The translations under genes and the position numbers were made by a program. A stretch of DNA of 49,915 nt from Basidiobolus meristosporus CBS 931.73 (Eukaryota; Fungi; Basidiobolomycota). Of this stretch, positions 24,105 to 34,756 are shown in pieces; within the stretch, counting starts at the first letter, position 1; each line of letters starts with the position of its first letter. The DNA lies in the NCBI GenBank assembly GCA_002104905.1, contig MCFE01000649.1:1-49915 (forward strand). Direction: 5' to 3'. The notes beneath the pieces were generated by a model. The model was not told the origin of the DNA, did no database searches, and saw only the letters and a list, made by a program, of their open reading frames with translations.

Positions 24105-25270
24105 CCTATAAGGAAGGCACCTGAATTAGGAACCAAGAAAATCAAGCACCAATAAGAAGGAATAAGGAGATGCTTTGATAAGCAATGATAACCAGCAAGG
24201 GAGGCACTCAAAACCCTATAAAGGCAACAGCTACCCTTCATGCATCTACTGCAAGTCAAAAGAACACACATCAGACCTGTGCTTCAGAAAGACAGATAAT
24301 CAGCAACAAAGGCCTGATGATGGAAACTTGGCAACAACTGAAGATAGAAAGTTCATATCTGCCCTACACATAACCACAAGCAAGGATTTGCAGATGTTAT
24401 ACATTGATATTGGTGCAATTCAACATTTTACACACTCAAAAAACCTATTTACCCATTATCAAGATGTTTCAATTGAGCAGGTTTTGATGGGTCACAATAG
24501 AACACTTGGTCCAGTTGAACAGTGTTGTGCATCAACATTTAAAACTGGCCAATTTTACTCTGTTAGAAAATCAAAGTACCCTAACTGATTATCCCTAACC
24601 CAATCATAACTAATCCCAGATGTGTTTTCTATTATCTTGTCTCAGAAGCTATTTTAGCTGTCACACCTGACCAATTTTCATGTGATCATTACATCCTCAA
24701 CTAATCTACTAAGCCTTTCCAAGTGATTAGTCCTATGAGATCTATCATACCACTTGGTAGTTGCCAAGACATCAGCTGATTGATGATGTCATTTTCATTT
24801 ATCTTGTGCACCTATCAACACCCAAATTGATTTCAATTAATCCTGTCTCTTAGTGCTTACTAATTCTACTTTATCACAAAAGTATAAGTAAAGCTTACCA
24901 AATCTTTTGGTTTAGTGTGTGTCTAAACAAAATTAAGAATACAACAATTCCATTCCTGTTTCTACCCAAGCCTAGTGTATCTAGCACTCCCAAGAACACC
25001 AGGTCTAGCCTGCGTAGCAAACCAACTCTGTTGCCTTTATAGCCAAACCCAGCAATATACAACAGCAATATCAAACTGGAATCTCACTGGTAATATTTCT
25101 GCCACTCTCTGACAATTCCAAGACTCTGTACTTGATTGTTACTTTGGTTCAGTTAAACCATTCAAGAGTTTTATTACACTTTTCTCTTGGATACAACAGA
25201 CAGGGAGCTAGCCAAGTAAATCTCAGAAGTAGTGAAGGAAGCCACACCCTTACCTTCAAAGAAGTACCCT
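24105..25270 (+). pseudogene. Older Copia gag-protease remnant hosting the full element (its left piece is 19396-19417)
   Basis: Continues DLTLHYL|Y... across the TSD; CIYCKSKEHTSDLC, YIDIGAIQHF, VNLRSSEGSHTLTFKEV. Confidence 0.85.
24523..25198. mobile_element. Solo LTR of a second family (676 bp)
   Basis: TGTTGT...ACAACA termini, AACAG/GACAG 5-bp flanks, Copia protease-region sequence resumes on both sides. Confidence 0.75.
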
Positions 25271-26191
25271 AAGCTGCACAGTATATGTCACCATTAGCCA
25301 TTAGTCTAGGAACGTAACCTCCACTAAATCCTTCTCGAGCATTCCATATAACCCCGGGTGGTATGCTGTTGTCATTCAGGCATAAATTTAGAAGGGGACA
25401 TTCTTGAAATCGATTTTCCAGCATTTGAGCACCCAAATACACGCCATTTATCTGATGCGGAATATACAGGCCATCAACAGTGAATGGTGATTTCGCAAGT
25501 ATGGCCCGAAGACACCATCAAGTAGAGGTATGGGTGGCAAGATTCCAGTGCGCCTTTCCCTTGGGGGAGTGGTGAAGTGGTAGTGACCACCGTTGCTTAT
25601 TTTGGTGGATGATCATCCAACGTAGGTCATCGCGTAGCCGGACCACTATTGTTGCAAGATCGTGGAGAATCGGCCGAACTACTGTCGAGATACTGGCCAG
25701 TCCGGTGCCACACCTGGGACTGGATTGGGGGATACACTTCAAGCTGATTCGCAAGTCAATAGTCCATAGATTTACAATTATCTTGGTCGGGCGGCACTTG
25801 CTTCGTTTTGGGGTGGCTTTAGGGCTTGATCAGAGCCGGATTTGTGTTGGGAACCATCTCAAAGACTCCACCACTTTGTTGAAGACCCGGATTCCAGGCC
25901 ACATTGGCGATTACTGCTACACTTAATATGAAGACTCACTTCGGCCCTCAACAGCTGTCTTCGTGTGAACCACTCCTACTCAAGCCTGGACACCATGGAA
26001 AGCGGTGACCCGTTGGTGGCCAAAAGGGGACAATTGTGAGAATGGATCAATTTATTAACCGGGTTGAAAGAACATTTCCGAAGGAAGTAATAGAAAAGGC
26101 GGATGTAGAGTAGATTAATAGCTTAATACTTTCAATTGATAGAGTCACTCCAGTCTGCCCTGAGATTGAGGGAGGAACCGTTCGGGCCAGA

Positions 26192-26506
26192 TCACAACAG
26201 CTGATGGACCACCAGACCGCTTGCCACGAAGAGACCAACCATGGCCGAGTTCGACCCAACACTGTTACCAGAGTTTGGCTTGCTCATACCAGATGGGCTT
26301 CCGGCAACTCCGTGGGTACCGCTTGGCTTCATGGTGGAGGAGCCACTGCTTGGAGCAGAAGCGGCCATGGAGCTGCTGGCGGAGCCGGTGGGAGCAGATG
26401 AGGCGGAGGAGGCCATCGGGGTGGTCATGCTCATGGATGGAGAGGAGGACTGGGCAGAGACAGCGGCGGCGAAAGCGATCAAAGCGGCGATGGAGATGAA
26501 GCGCAT
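26192..26506 (-). CDS. Small secreted Ser/Ala/Met-rich protein, probable GPI anchor (104 aa)
   Basis: Signal peptide MRFISIAALIAFAAAVSA, low-complexity Ser-rich core, small-residue NSG/NS sites and hydrophobic C-terminus AMVGLFVASGLVVHQLL; upstream TATA. Confidence 0.85.
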   Translation of the reverse strand: MRFISIAALIAFAAAVSAQSSSPSMSMTTPMASSASSAPTGSASSSMAASAPSSGSSTMKPSGTHGVAGSPSGMSKPNSGNSVGSNSAMVGLFVASGLVVHQLL

Positions 26507-26627
26507 GTTGAGGCTGAGATAGAGGTTGGCGTTAAAGCGGAAGCTGAGGCTGAGGTTGAAGCGTAGTCGAGTGCAGTAGTGAAAGACACTTGGTTGATGG
26601 CTGGAAGAGGAAGAGCGCCCACCTTGC

Positions 26628-26634
26628 TTATATA
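26628..26634 (-). promoter_or_regulatory. TATA box candidate (TATATAA)
   Basis: About 120 bp upstream of ATG 26506, followed by a pyrimidine-rich leader. Confidence 0.55.
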
Positions 26635-27587
26635 CACTTGGGTCATACCCAGTCTCCAGCAACTCAACGGTCAGCATGCATTCAATGTAAATCCATTAAT
26701 CAGGGTAGCAAGATACCGATCCAAACGGGTGTCAGCTCGGCATGGTATCGGACGCCGTATTGGACATGGTATCCCGCAGGTTGGCCGATCGAAAGCATGA
26801 TTGGAGCTTAACGTTGGGTCTGGTAGCTGGTCTGAAATCATGGCTTCCTTTTCAACGCTCCCTCTCTCCTTGATGCAATCTATGCATGCTACGGTCCCTT
26901 GGCACTACGTAGGCATTACCATAGCCCCAGGAGACCCGTCTGTGGTAGTGATCTGGGTTGCCAGGCAGTATTCTATTGGCGGCGTTATTGACCGGTTAGG
27001 AAGGGACGTGAGGATAGGAAGCTGCATACAGAAGGATCCAACGCAGGGGAACGATAGTTTTGGAGGATCGGTAGTCAAGGACCCGTCGATGACTGCGACG
27101 GAACCTCAGGTTCATTCCCAACCGCACCAGATGGGATGACACAGGATTACGCAGGTTGGCGAAATGAACAACGCGCGTGCCAAGGTTGTCTCTAGCGCAA
27201 TTGCTGGCAGGCACGATGTGGTCCCAGATCTGCAACGGGCTGAGAAACCGGGACTGATCAGCGCACTCTTGAGACTCGGACCCATCACTGGGATATTCTA
27301 TTCATCCTACTCAATCGGGCATGACTGATGTGACGATGCTGACCCTAGACACCTTACACATTGGTTCCAGGGAGGCAGCCGTCTCAGGGGTTGATGAATT
27401 CATTTTGCCAGGTCAATGGCTTTGCTATATTAGAATAGATTGCATTCATAGAATATGCCCTGGGGGAATTGGGTCCCTCCGATCCGCCTCTTCATGAGCT
27501 AACTAGGCGTCAAACCGCGTGCGCATTCACCTCATTTCATTGTAGTTGATCATTGGTGGGGATCAGGAAAGGATCGCCGTGAGGATG

Positions 27588-27611
27588 AGGGCTAGGGCTA
27601 GGGCTAGGGCT
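27588..27611 (+). repeat. (AGGGCT)x4 telomere-variant repeat, canonical G-quadruplex motif
   Basis: AGGGCTAGGGCTAGGGCTAGGGCT: four GGG tracts with CTA loops. Confidence 0.9.
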
Positions 27612-27759
27612 GGAGTGCCGGGCGGAGTTCGCATAAATCAGCGAGATCTAACCATCTCTCGCCAAAGTTGACTTAATCTCGCGCCCAATCTCGATAACAA
27701 TCGAATCGAGCCATGGCATACAATGGGAATTGCGCCTCGCGCTGCTCATTGGTTAGGGG

Positions 27760-30071
27760 ATGGAGTCCACCGGCATCACCAAGCAAAGCAAACCTGCCCC
27801 CAGGGCGGCCATCAGGGTATCATCACGGTGGCAATGTTTTGATTTGAAAAACCGGCCAATCGATGCCGGAAATTTCTTGAACAATTCCCGGACCTTCTCC
27901 CCGTCCACTGTTTGGCCCATCTTTCATATGGCTTCGATACCGAAAAAAACCAAACAGCAAACGCTCCCCTTCCGACCCACGGGGGCGGCATTTCGACCGA
28001 TCTTTCGCCAACACACCACCAGCGATCTGTTCTCCGCCAATCCAACCGAAGTCAGACCCGACAGCCAGAGCATATCGAAATACTTCGGAACTACGCAGTA
28101 CTCGAAACCTGCACACCCTGGTGGAATTGCCAGCAACCGGGGTGGTGTACCACCTGCCAATACTTCTGGCGCGAGCGCTCCTCTTCCCCTGAACAAACCC
28201 TCCACGGAGACCTCCCTCCAGGAGAGAGTGACCACCGAGGCCGCGTTCAACAGCAAGTCCACCGAGTTTGAGTCGGACTTTTGGGGGGACGAGGCGGAGC
28301 TGGAGAAGCTGATCGCAGAGGCGGAGAGTCAACATTTATCCGAGGAGAAGAAGCGCAAGTGGGACGAGAGCTCCACTTCCGAAGCCGAGCCCTTGGATAT
28401 CCCCAAGGACGAGCCGGCCCCCAAGCCGGTGAGCTTCTCACCAGACCAGAGACGTGCGCTTACCCTGGCGGTGGATCAAAAGCGGAACATTTTCTTCACC
28501 GGGTCAGCTGGTAAGTCGTATCTCTTTTCTAACCGGCTTCACCTGCTCCAGCCGGGATACTCAATAGTCATGCTCGGTAGGCACGGGGAAATCCCTTCTT
28601 TTACAAGAGCTCATCAAGAGAATGAGGAAAAAGTATCGCAGAGATGAGGTGGCGGTTACAGCGTCGACCGGTATAGCGGCGTGTAATATTGGTGGGACGA
28701 CACTGCACAGCTTTGCCGGAGTTGGGCTCGGGTCAGGGGAAACCGATCAGCTTCTCAAGATGGTGATGAAGCAGCGAAAAACCAAGCAACGCTGGCAAGG
28801 GGTCAAGGTTCTTATCATCGACGAGAGTGAGTGTTGAAGATGTGCCAGGTTCGATTGATTCGCCACTTACTCGATCTATCTTGTAGTTTCCATGTTGGAT
28901 GGGGAGTTCTTCGACAAGCTGGAGTATATTGCACGAAGAGTACGCGCGACGAGCAAGCCATTTGGTGGGATACAGGTGGGTCGGGATCGTTGTAGGATGT
29001 GGAACATTGAGCACCCACTCACCATGACCAGCTAGTTGCCACGGGAGATTTCTTCCAGCTGCCACCAGTGAGTAAAGACAGCCTGTTTTGCTTTGAGGCG
29101 GAGAGTTGGAAATCGTGCATTCAGAATACCATTCATCTCACCCAGGTGTTCCGGCAACGGGAACAAAGTAAAGCCACCGTCAGTTTATCCCGAGTCACCT
29201 TCTCTGTTACCAACGCGTCCATTGAAACATAGGTTTCGTTGATATCTTGAATTCGCTACGTATCGGGATTCTCACCCCCGAGTCGGAGAGGATCTTTCGC
29301 TCGCTCTCAAGAGTCCCGCAGTTCCCTAAAGATGGCATCGAGCCCACCCGATTGTGAGTCTCCGAAGAAATTGGTCTGCCTTCTCCCACTTCTACTGACC
29401 ACGCTTGTAGGTACGCGTTGAGGGGCGAGGTGGACGCAGCGAATTCCCGGAAGTTGAATTCCTTACCGGGCGACATTCACCGATACCTGGCGAACGATGC
29501 CGGGAAGTCCCCGTATGTGGAGAAACTATCGACCAATTGCCTGGCGCCCAGCGCTTTGGAGCTTAAGCTTCACGCGCAGGTTATGTTGATTAGAAATCTG
29601 GATCACCAGCTGGTCAACGGGAGCCTGGGGGTTGTCGTAGGTTTTGACGAGGAAAACGGGATGCCGATAGTTCGTTTCAGCCGATGCACCATCACGGTCA
29701 CTCCAGAAACCTGGAAAATCGAGGTTCCGGGGCTGGGCGAGGTTGCCAGCAGAACTCAGGTAGGCTCGCATCAGCATCCCAACGTCCAGGACCCAGGCTA
29801 ACCCTGTTCTGTCCGCCTCAAGGTCCCCCTCATCCTGGCATGGGCCATGTCGATTCACAAAGCTCAAGGGCAAACCCTTGAGAGAGTGGTTGTCGATTTA
29901 TCCCGGGTGTTTGAAAAGGGTCAGGCCTATGTGGCTTTGAGTAGAGCTACCAGTCTGGATGGACTGCAGGTCCTGCACTTCGACAGGCGTCGGGTGATGG
30001 CCCATCCCAAGGTGGTCCAGTTCTATAGAACTTTGCTTGAGGAAGAAATGTCGGACCCAGATTTTATGTAG
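27760..30071 (+). CDS. PIF1: Pif1-family 5'-3' DNA helicase, 7 exons (27760-28510, 28581-28826, 28887-28975, 29032-29167, 29233-29353, 29411-29759, 29823-30071), 646 aa; alternative start at 27928
   Basis: Spliced frame is open (1941 nt); six GT-AG introns of 56-70 nt; [89 protein letters not shown]. Confidence 0.95.
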
Positions 30072-32169
30072 GGATTAAGCGCGTGAGGCTCGGTTCGGCA
30101 CAGTGGGGTTTGGTTCTGTCGAGAAGTGTCGCACTAGAAATGTTCGATCCATGTATAGCATCCACCCAGCATCTCCCTTACGCTACCAGTTCGTATTTCA
30201 TCCTCATCTATCCCAATTAGCCATATACAGGCCCGGAAGTAACATCTGATATAAGGCACCGTAGCAGATGTCCACCTGTGATTCACCACATGACCATAGA
30301 CAACGAACTTGGGGGATTCACAGTGGAAACAACGACCTCTTGCTTTTATCTGCGCGTCAAGCTATCTTCCGCAAATAAACCCGACTTCCCAAACAATAAT
30401 CAAACCACTTCTTACCCCATTAGACCTATGCAAAACCTCTCTTCAGGCGGGAAAAGACCCTCCACTTCTAGAATAGATGATTCCATCTAAGCACTATGGA
30501 ATGTTGTGGACTGACTCCTTAACCAACATCCCTGGCGAAGAGGTAAGGGTCTCATGAGATTCGGCAAAACCCCCAGTTTTATCAATGCCGAAACTTCCCC
30601 CGATCTGGGTGGGTGTACCACAGTAAGTGGCACAGAGCAGATGTGGGTTCCCAGAGACACCTTTCGTTAAGCAGCTAATCCTTGGTTGAAATTTCGTACT
30701 CGGATTTTCTCTTTGCTGAGATTCCTACCCACACACTTATGGTCTCTGGCTGGGATTCCACCCTTGCGCAAGGGCGCCCACCAGTCGAGGTGTTAGCCGA
30801 TACCTTACAATCCAAACCCAAAGTCAGTGTTCAAGTTACGAAGAACTTGGGGGTTAGTCTGGTTAACTGCAACCTATATTGCATGTGGCATCGTGCTAGT
30901 AGGGGGGGGACCTGCTACCGAACAAACTGCCCAATAGAAACATACGATATATGAGCAATATAGGCAGTAAACTACAAAAATCGCAACGCATACCATCGCA
31001 TACATGATATCGGTCGGGAAATACTGGCATTTCAGATCCCCGAAAGAGAACTAGGGACATCAGCAAACAACCCTATTAGAGGTAAGTTTGAAATCCTCCC
31101 TTTAGAGACCGCCTGATTGAAGCCAGCAATCCGGGAATTACAGATATAGCACGAGGCTCTTCGACCTGGATCGAACCCACGAAATCCCCCCCAGGTTCTT
31201 CGTCGTAGTAGAGGTGGCTTAGGATGGGATTTCCGATGGCCTTGTTTCAATTCTGGCCAGATACACTTGTATCGTATCCTACCCCACCCAGCTACTGAAA
31301 TGGACGCGTTGCAATTTGCGAGTGTAACATATAGGCGAGCTTGATGGACCAGAGCTGGGAAAGCAATCGACAAAATAGGTGCGGGTTCGATCCTTTCCCA
31401 TTCACAGGCGATGATACGTCAATGAATTGAAATGGATCGATTCCGATAACTCAGCTAGCAAGCTTTCTAAGATCTCGGAGGCCGGGGAAATAGAGCGAGT
31501 AACGTGGACTGGGCCAAGTATCACTGCCTCTGACCGATTCCCACAATTTCAAAAACCCATCGCATCCACCGCAGACTGGGACGGGGGCCTTTATTTCCAC
31601 GTGTGGGCATTACGAAGAGGTGGAGAGGCAATAATCCAAATCCCTACCTGATGGTCCATCGAATTTCCACAGCCTCAGAAACGCTTCCACTCCACCGATA
31701 ATCGGTTCTTCCTCCGCCACGACACACTCTTATCTATCTTACCAAAAAGGTTAGATTCCGGGCTGGGTTAGGCGGGGTGAGATCAAGGTTTCAGAGGCGG
31801 TTTCGCCTCCGTGGAGAGGAATCCAGGCTACATTGATTTCCTGGTTCATAGACAGCTAAATTATGCAAATCCGCGCTGGAACACGGTGGCATGCACACCA
31901 CTGATCTTGGTAGATAGGGACGCTCAGCAGTTATCGGCGAAGTCAATCTGAAATCACGTAAAATGGTGCACTCGTGTACCACTATGAGCGTCGCCACATT
32001 CGAACTCAAGGAGGGAAGAGCCCGGTTTAATCCGATTCAGACGTGGTTGTCGAAGGATTTGACCTCGTAGCCGGAATCAGAGGTTCAAGGTTGGAATGCA
32101 CTCTGACAATACCAAACCGCCGAATCGTTCACTTCTGAATAGTCGATATCAGCACCCCTGATTGCCCGT

Positions 32170-32760
32170 CAAGAGCCTCACCAGATTCGTGAGGAAACTC
32201 CACGGGGACTCCACTGGCAGAAAGTTGGATGGAAGGCTCCAGTGCATCTGCGAAAACGCCAGATGGCAAGGGCCATCTTTTCCATCAACACAATCCAAAC
32301 GGCGCGATTTGGGGAAATGTGACTTGGAGGCATGCATCCTCCTCCGATCTGACCCGCTGGGAAGATGAGAAATACGCCCTGGAGTCCGATCAGCCCTACG
32401 ACCGCCCTGGTATGCTCTGTCTGTGGGATCATCAATGCTATCAAGGGGAGCCAACCGTGGGTTATGCTGCAGTATCGAAGCGCCCCGTCGCCTGGAAGAT
32501 TGACTATCCCTTGGGTGCAGAATCACCACTTGCATACACTGATGAAAATGGCGTCATCTGACAGAAGCGGAGCATTGACATACACATGCCTACACCACTG
32601 GGCGTCAACAGAGCCGACTATTAGAGATCCTGATCAAGCGTCGCTGCTGAGGCAAATTAAATCAAGGAATATGGAAATCAGTTTCCGATGCCCGTGGGGC
32701 CATGCACACTCGCGTCCATGAAGATTCGAGAACAGGAATGTCTGAGGCTGGCGGTGCCCA
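32170..32760 (+). pseudogene. Glycoside hydrolase family 32 (invertase / beta-fructofuranosidase-like) pseudogene (ends approximate)
   Basis: WMEGSS (expected WMNDP), DGKGHLFHQHNP, IWGNVTWRHASSSDLTRW, DQPYD, GEPTVGY..VS..P..W...Y..GAES, TGA at a conserved Trp, frameshifted RDP motif near 32625. Confidence 0.8.
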
Positions 32761-32895
32761 ATGCTGCACCAAATAGATCCCATTCCTGATATGGGCGAAT
32801 TTGGCCAGAACCGGGTGGGATTGGCACGGATTAGGGGAAATCGACCTCGGCAATTAATTTCATCCCGGAATACTCGAGTCGAATCAACTCAACTG

Positions 32896-32937
32896 GCGAC
32901 AGCGAATCAATGAGCGACAGCGAATCAATGAGCGACA
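32896..32937 (+). repeat. 18-bp tandem duplication GCGACAGCGAATCAATGA x2.3
   Basis: Read directly from the sequence. Confidence 0.9.
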
Positions 32938-33038
32938 ACCCAAATCCAATTCGGCTGGTGACAACAGAGTAATACGTTTGGCAAGCGCTATTTGAAGGTA
33001 GATTGGTTGGATCGGTGGTATTATTAGCCCACCGGGGT

Positions 33039-33045
33039 TATAAAA
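33039..33045 (+). promoter_or_regulatory. TATA box candidate (TATAAAA)
   Basis: 45 bp upstream of ATG 33084. Confidence 0.6.
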
Positions 33046-33083
33046 GGCTCGTCACGGCATTCCCGAGACCCATTACTCTTACT

Positions 33084-33764
33084 ATGAACCAGGAATTACG
33101 TGCCAAAGCCTTCCTTTTCGACTTGGACGGCACCTTAGTCAACACGATCGTCGCTGCCGAGAGACAGTACACCATATGGGCCACTAAACTCGGAATCGAC
33201 CCCAAGCCAGTGGTCGAATACTGCCACGGTGTCAGAGCGATCGAGGTGATGCAAAAGTTCGCGCCTGAGGGGATGACGATCACGATCGATGATGCCAACG
33301 AGTGGGAAACTGGGTTCTGCAATGATTCGCAAGGGGTCTTCGTACTCCCAGGTGTACTGGAGCTCTTGAAGAAGCTTCCCAGAGATCGCTGGGCCATTGT
33401 TACCTCTGGGGTCCGTGCCATGGCTGAGGCCCGATTAAGGCAGATGGATCTCCCTGTGCCTGACGTGTTCATTACAGCGGACACGGTAACGCACGGGAAG
33501 CCTCATCCTGAAGGATACTTGGCTGCCGCATCCAAGCTTGGCTTCAAGCCCGAGGAATGCATCATCTTCGAGGATGCGCCAGCCGGAATCGAGGCAGGAG
33601 TTCGTGCAGGGATTCGCACCGTCGGCATCACCACCAGCTACAAGCCGGAATCCCTCCACAAAGCCAACGTTCTCATCGATGATTATCGTGATATCGAGGT
33701 GGAAAAGGCGGGCGACTCCGGGGAGTTCGAAATCAAGGTGCTAAGAAACAGAAGATCCGATTAA
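33084..33764 (+). CDS. HAD-superfamily sugar/glycerol-phosphate phosphatase (YfbT/GPP/DOG-like), 226 aa, intronless
   Basis: Motif I FDLDGTLV, motif II VTSG, GKPHPEGY, IFEDAPAG. Confidence 0.92.
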   Translation: MNQELRAKAFLFDLDGTLVNTIVAAERQYTIWATKLGIDPKPVVEYCHGVRAIEVMQKFAPEGMTITIDDANEWETGFCNDSQGVFVLPGVLELLKKLPRDRWAIVTSGVRAMAEARLRQMDLPVPDVFITADTVTHGKPHPEGYLAAASKLGFKPEECIIFEDAPAGIEAGVRAGIRTVGITTSYKPESLHKANVLIDDYRDIEVEKAGDSGEFEIKVLRNRRSD

Positions 33765-34428
33765 ATCGCAGACCCTCAAGTCAACAGAAATCCAACATAC
33801 CTGCCTTCCTACCGATCAGAGCTCCTCCCAATGCCAGATTGGGACTCGCTGGTCCATGACGGAAACCAAGTGCTAACCAACCCTTGTCAAACGAACCCTA
33901 ATAAAACGATGGCTAACCAATGTCCAATCGACCCGCCAGTGAGGCGCTAGCGAAGTTAACCAGAAACGATCTCGCTGTGTCTCCATGAGTAACACGTATT
34001 TCTGCCGGAAGTAAGAGTTGGTGCATCGAACCAATCGTGGCCAGTACGTTGGTGCAACATTCGGACAGATATGTGTGCTGTTGTCATGTGCCACACTCCA
34101 AGACGGGAAGAAGTGGATGTAAACCTCAGGCAAGGCTTTGGAGTCCGTCTATATTCATCACTTGTGGCTGATGTCCTTGTTGCACCTGCGCGCTTTAAAC
34201 ATACAGTGTGGATCAGTCAAACCTGATCCCCCAAACTGCTACGTGAACGACGGCTTGGCCGTAACTTCTCCGGAGCTATCCCGATCTACCCTCTAGATAT
34301 CGTTCGCGGCTAGTCGACAGCATGATGCCATTAGCTGAACGTAGACACGGAGTGCTCACGATTCATGTGGTCACTGGGAATACAGGTCGAGTATGTAAGC
34401 TTAGGAAGGGTTCCTTTTTCCACATAAT

Positions 34429-34623
34429 ATAAACACCGCGGAGTACGAGGGAAAGAGCCCAGGAAAAGTTGAAGGAGGGCTCAAAGCTACTGCCCACAAT
34501 CGCGATGTCTCAGTCGAGAAGCAGCAAGGGTCACTACAGAAGGGATCCCTGATTCATGAAAAGCGTACGGGCCAGTTGCTGGAAGACCAAACCATCCAAA
34601 AGGAACCCGGAGAGTTGAAATAA
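34429..34623 (+). pseudogene. Conidiation protein Con-6-like remnant, no ATG (absent from the ORF track)
   Basis: Frame reads INTAEYEGKSPGKVEGGLKATAHNRDVSVEK..., resembling the Con-6 motif K-N-P-G-N-V-x-G-G-L-K-A-T-L-H-N-P-N-V-S-x-E; first codon ATA. Confidence 0.55.
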
Positions 34624-34756
34624 AGACAGGACGCCCTTACGTGTTTGTTGATCAGTGAAGGAGTTCGTGGGCAAAGTCGGTGATGCTTGTGTTGATCAAG
34701 AGAGGGGCCATATGTACGGAGTTCAATCGGGTTTAGGTCTCACTGGCTGTAGAGCA

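Noticed and set aside
24578-24601. Isolated CCCTAA units here and in the MITE spacer (~9501)
   Set aside because: Not tandem and not at element junctions; expected by chance.
25518-25926. Short ORFs at the left island edge, and 26801-27235
   Set aside because: No recognisable domain, splice pattern or promoter support; a decayed gene cannot be excluded.
27812-28514. Overlapping ORFs on both strands over PIF1 exon 1, and similar ones over the HAD and secreted-protein genes
   Set aside because: Shadow frames expected in GC-rich coding DNA; no motifs.
27760-30071. PIF1 as a Helitron or other transposon-borne helicase
   Set aside because: No Rep/HUH domain nearby, six intact introns, host-like N-terminus, and it lies in the CpG-rich unique island.
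30682-31373. VSGW / AGWG as trypsin-like fragments
   Set aside because: On opposite strands, and no catalytic His/Asp/Ser motifs found.
31791-32009. Tubulin-like words (PITAERPY, YEPGNQ)
   Set aside because: Spacing does not match alpha-tubulin and there is no other tubulin similarity.
32896-32937. 18-bp repeat as a CRISPR or functional array
   Set aside because: Only 2.3 adjacent copies, no spacers, eukaryotic context.
33003-33083. Extended N-termini for the HAD ORF (33003) and the secreted protein (26677)
   Set aside because: Both begin at non-ATG codons and run through TATA boxes.
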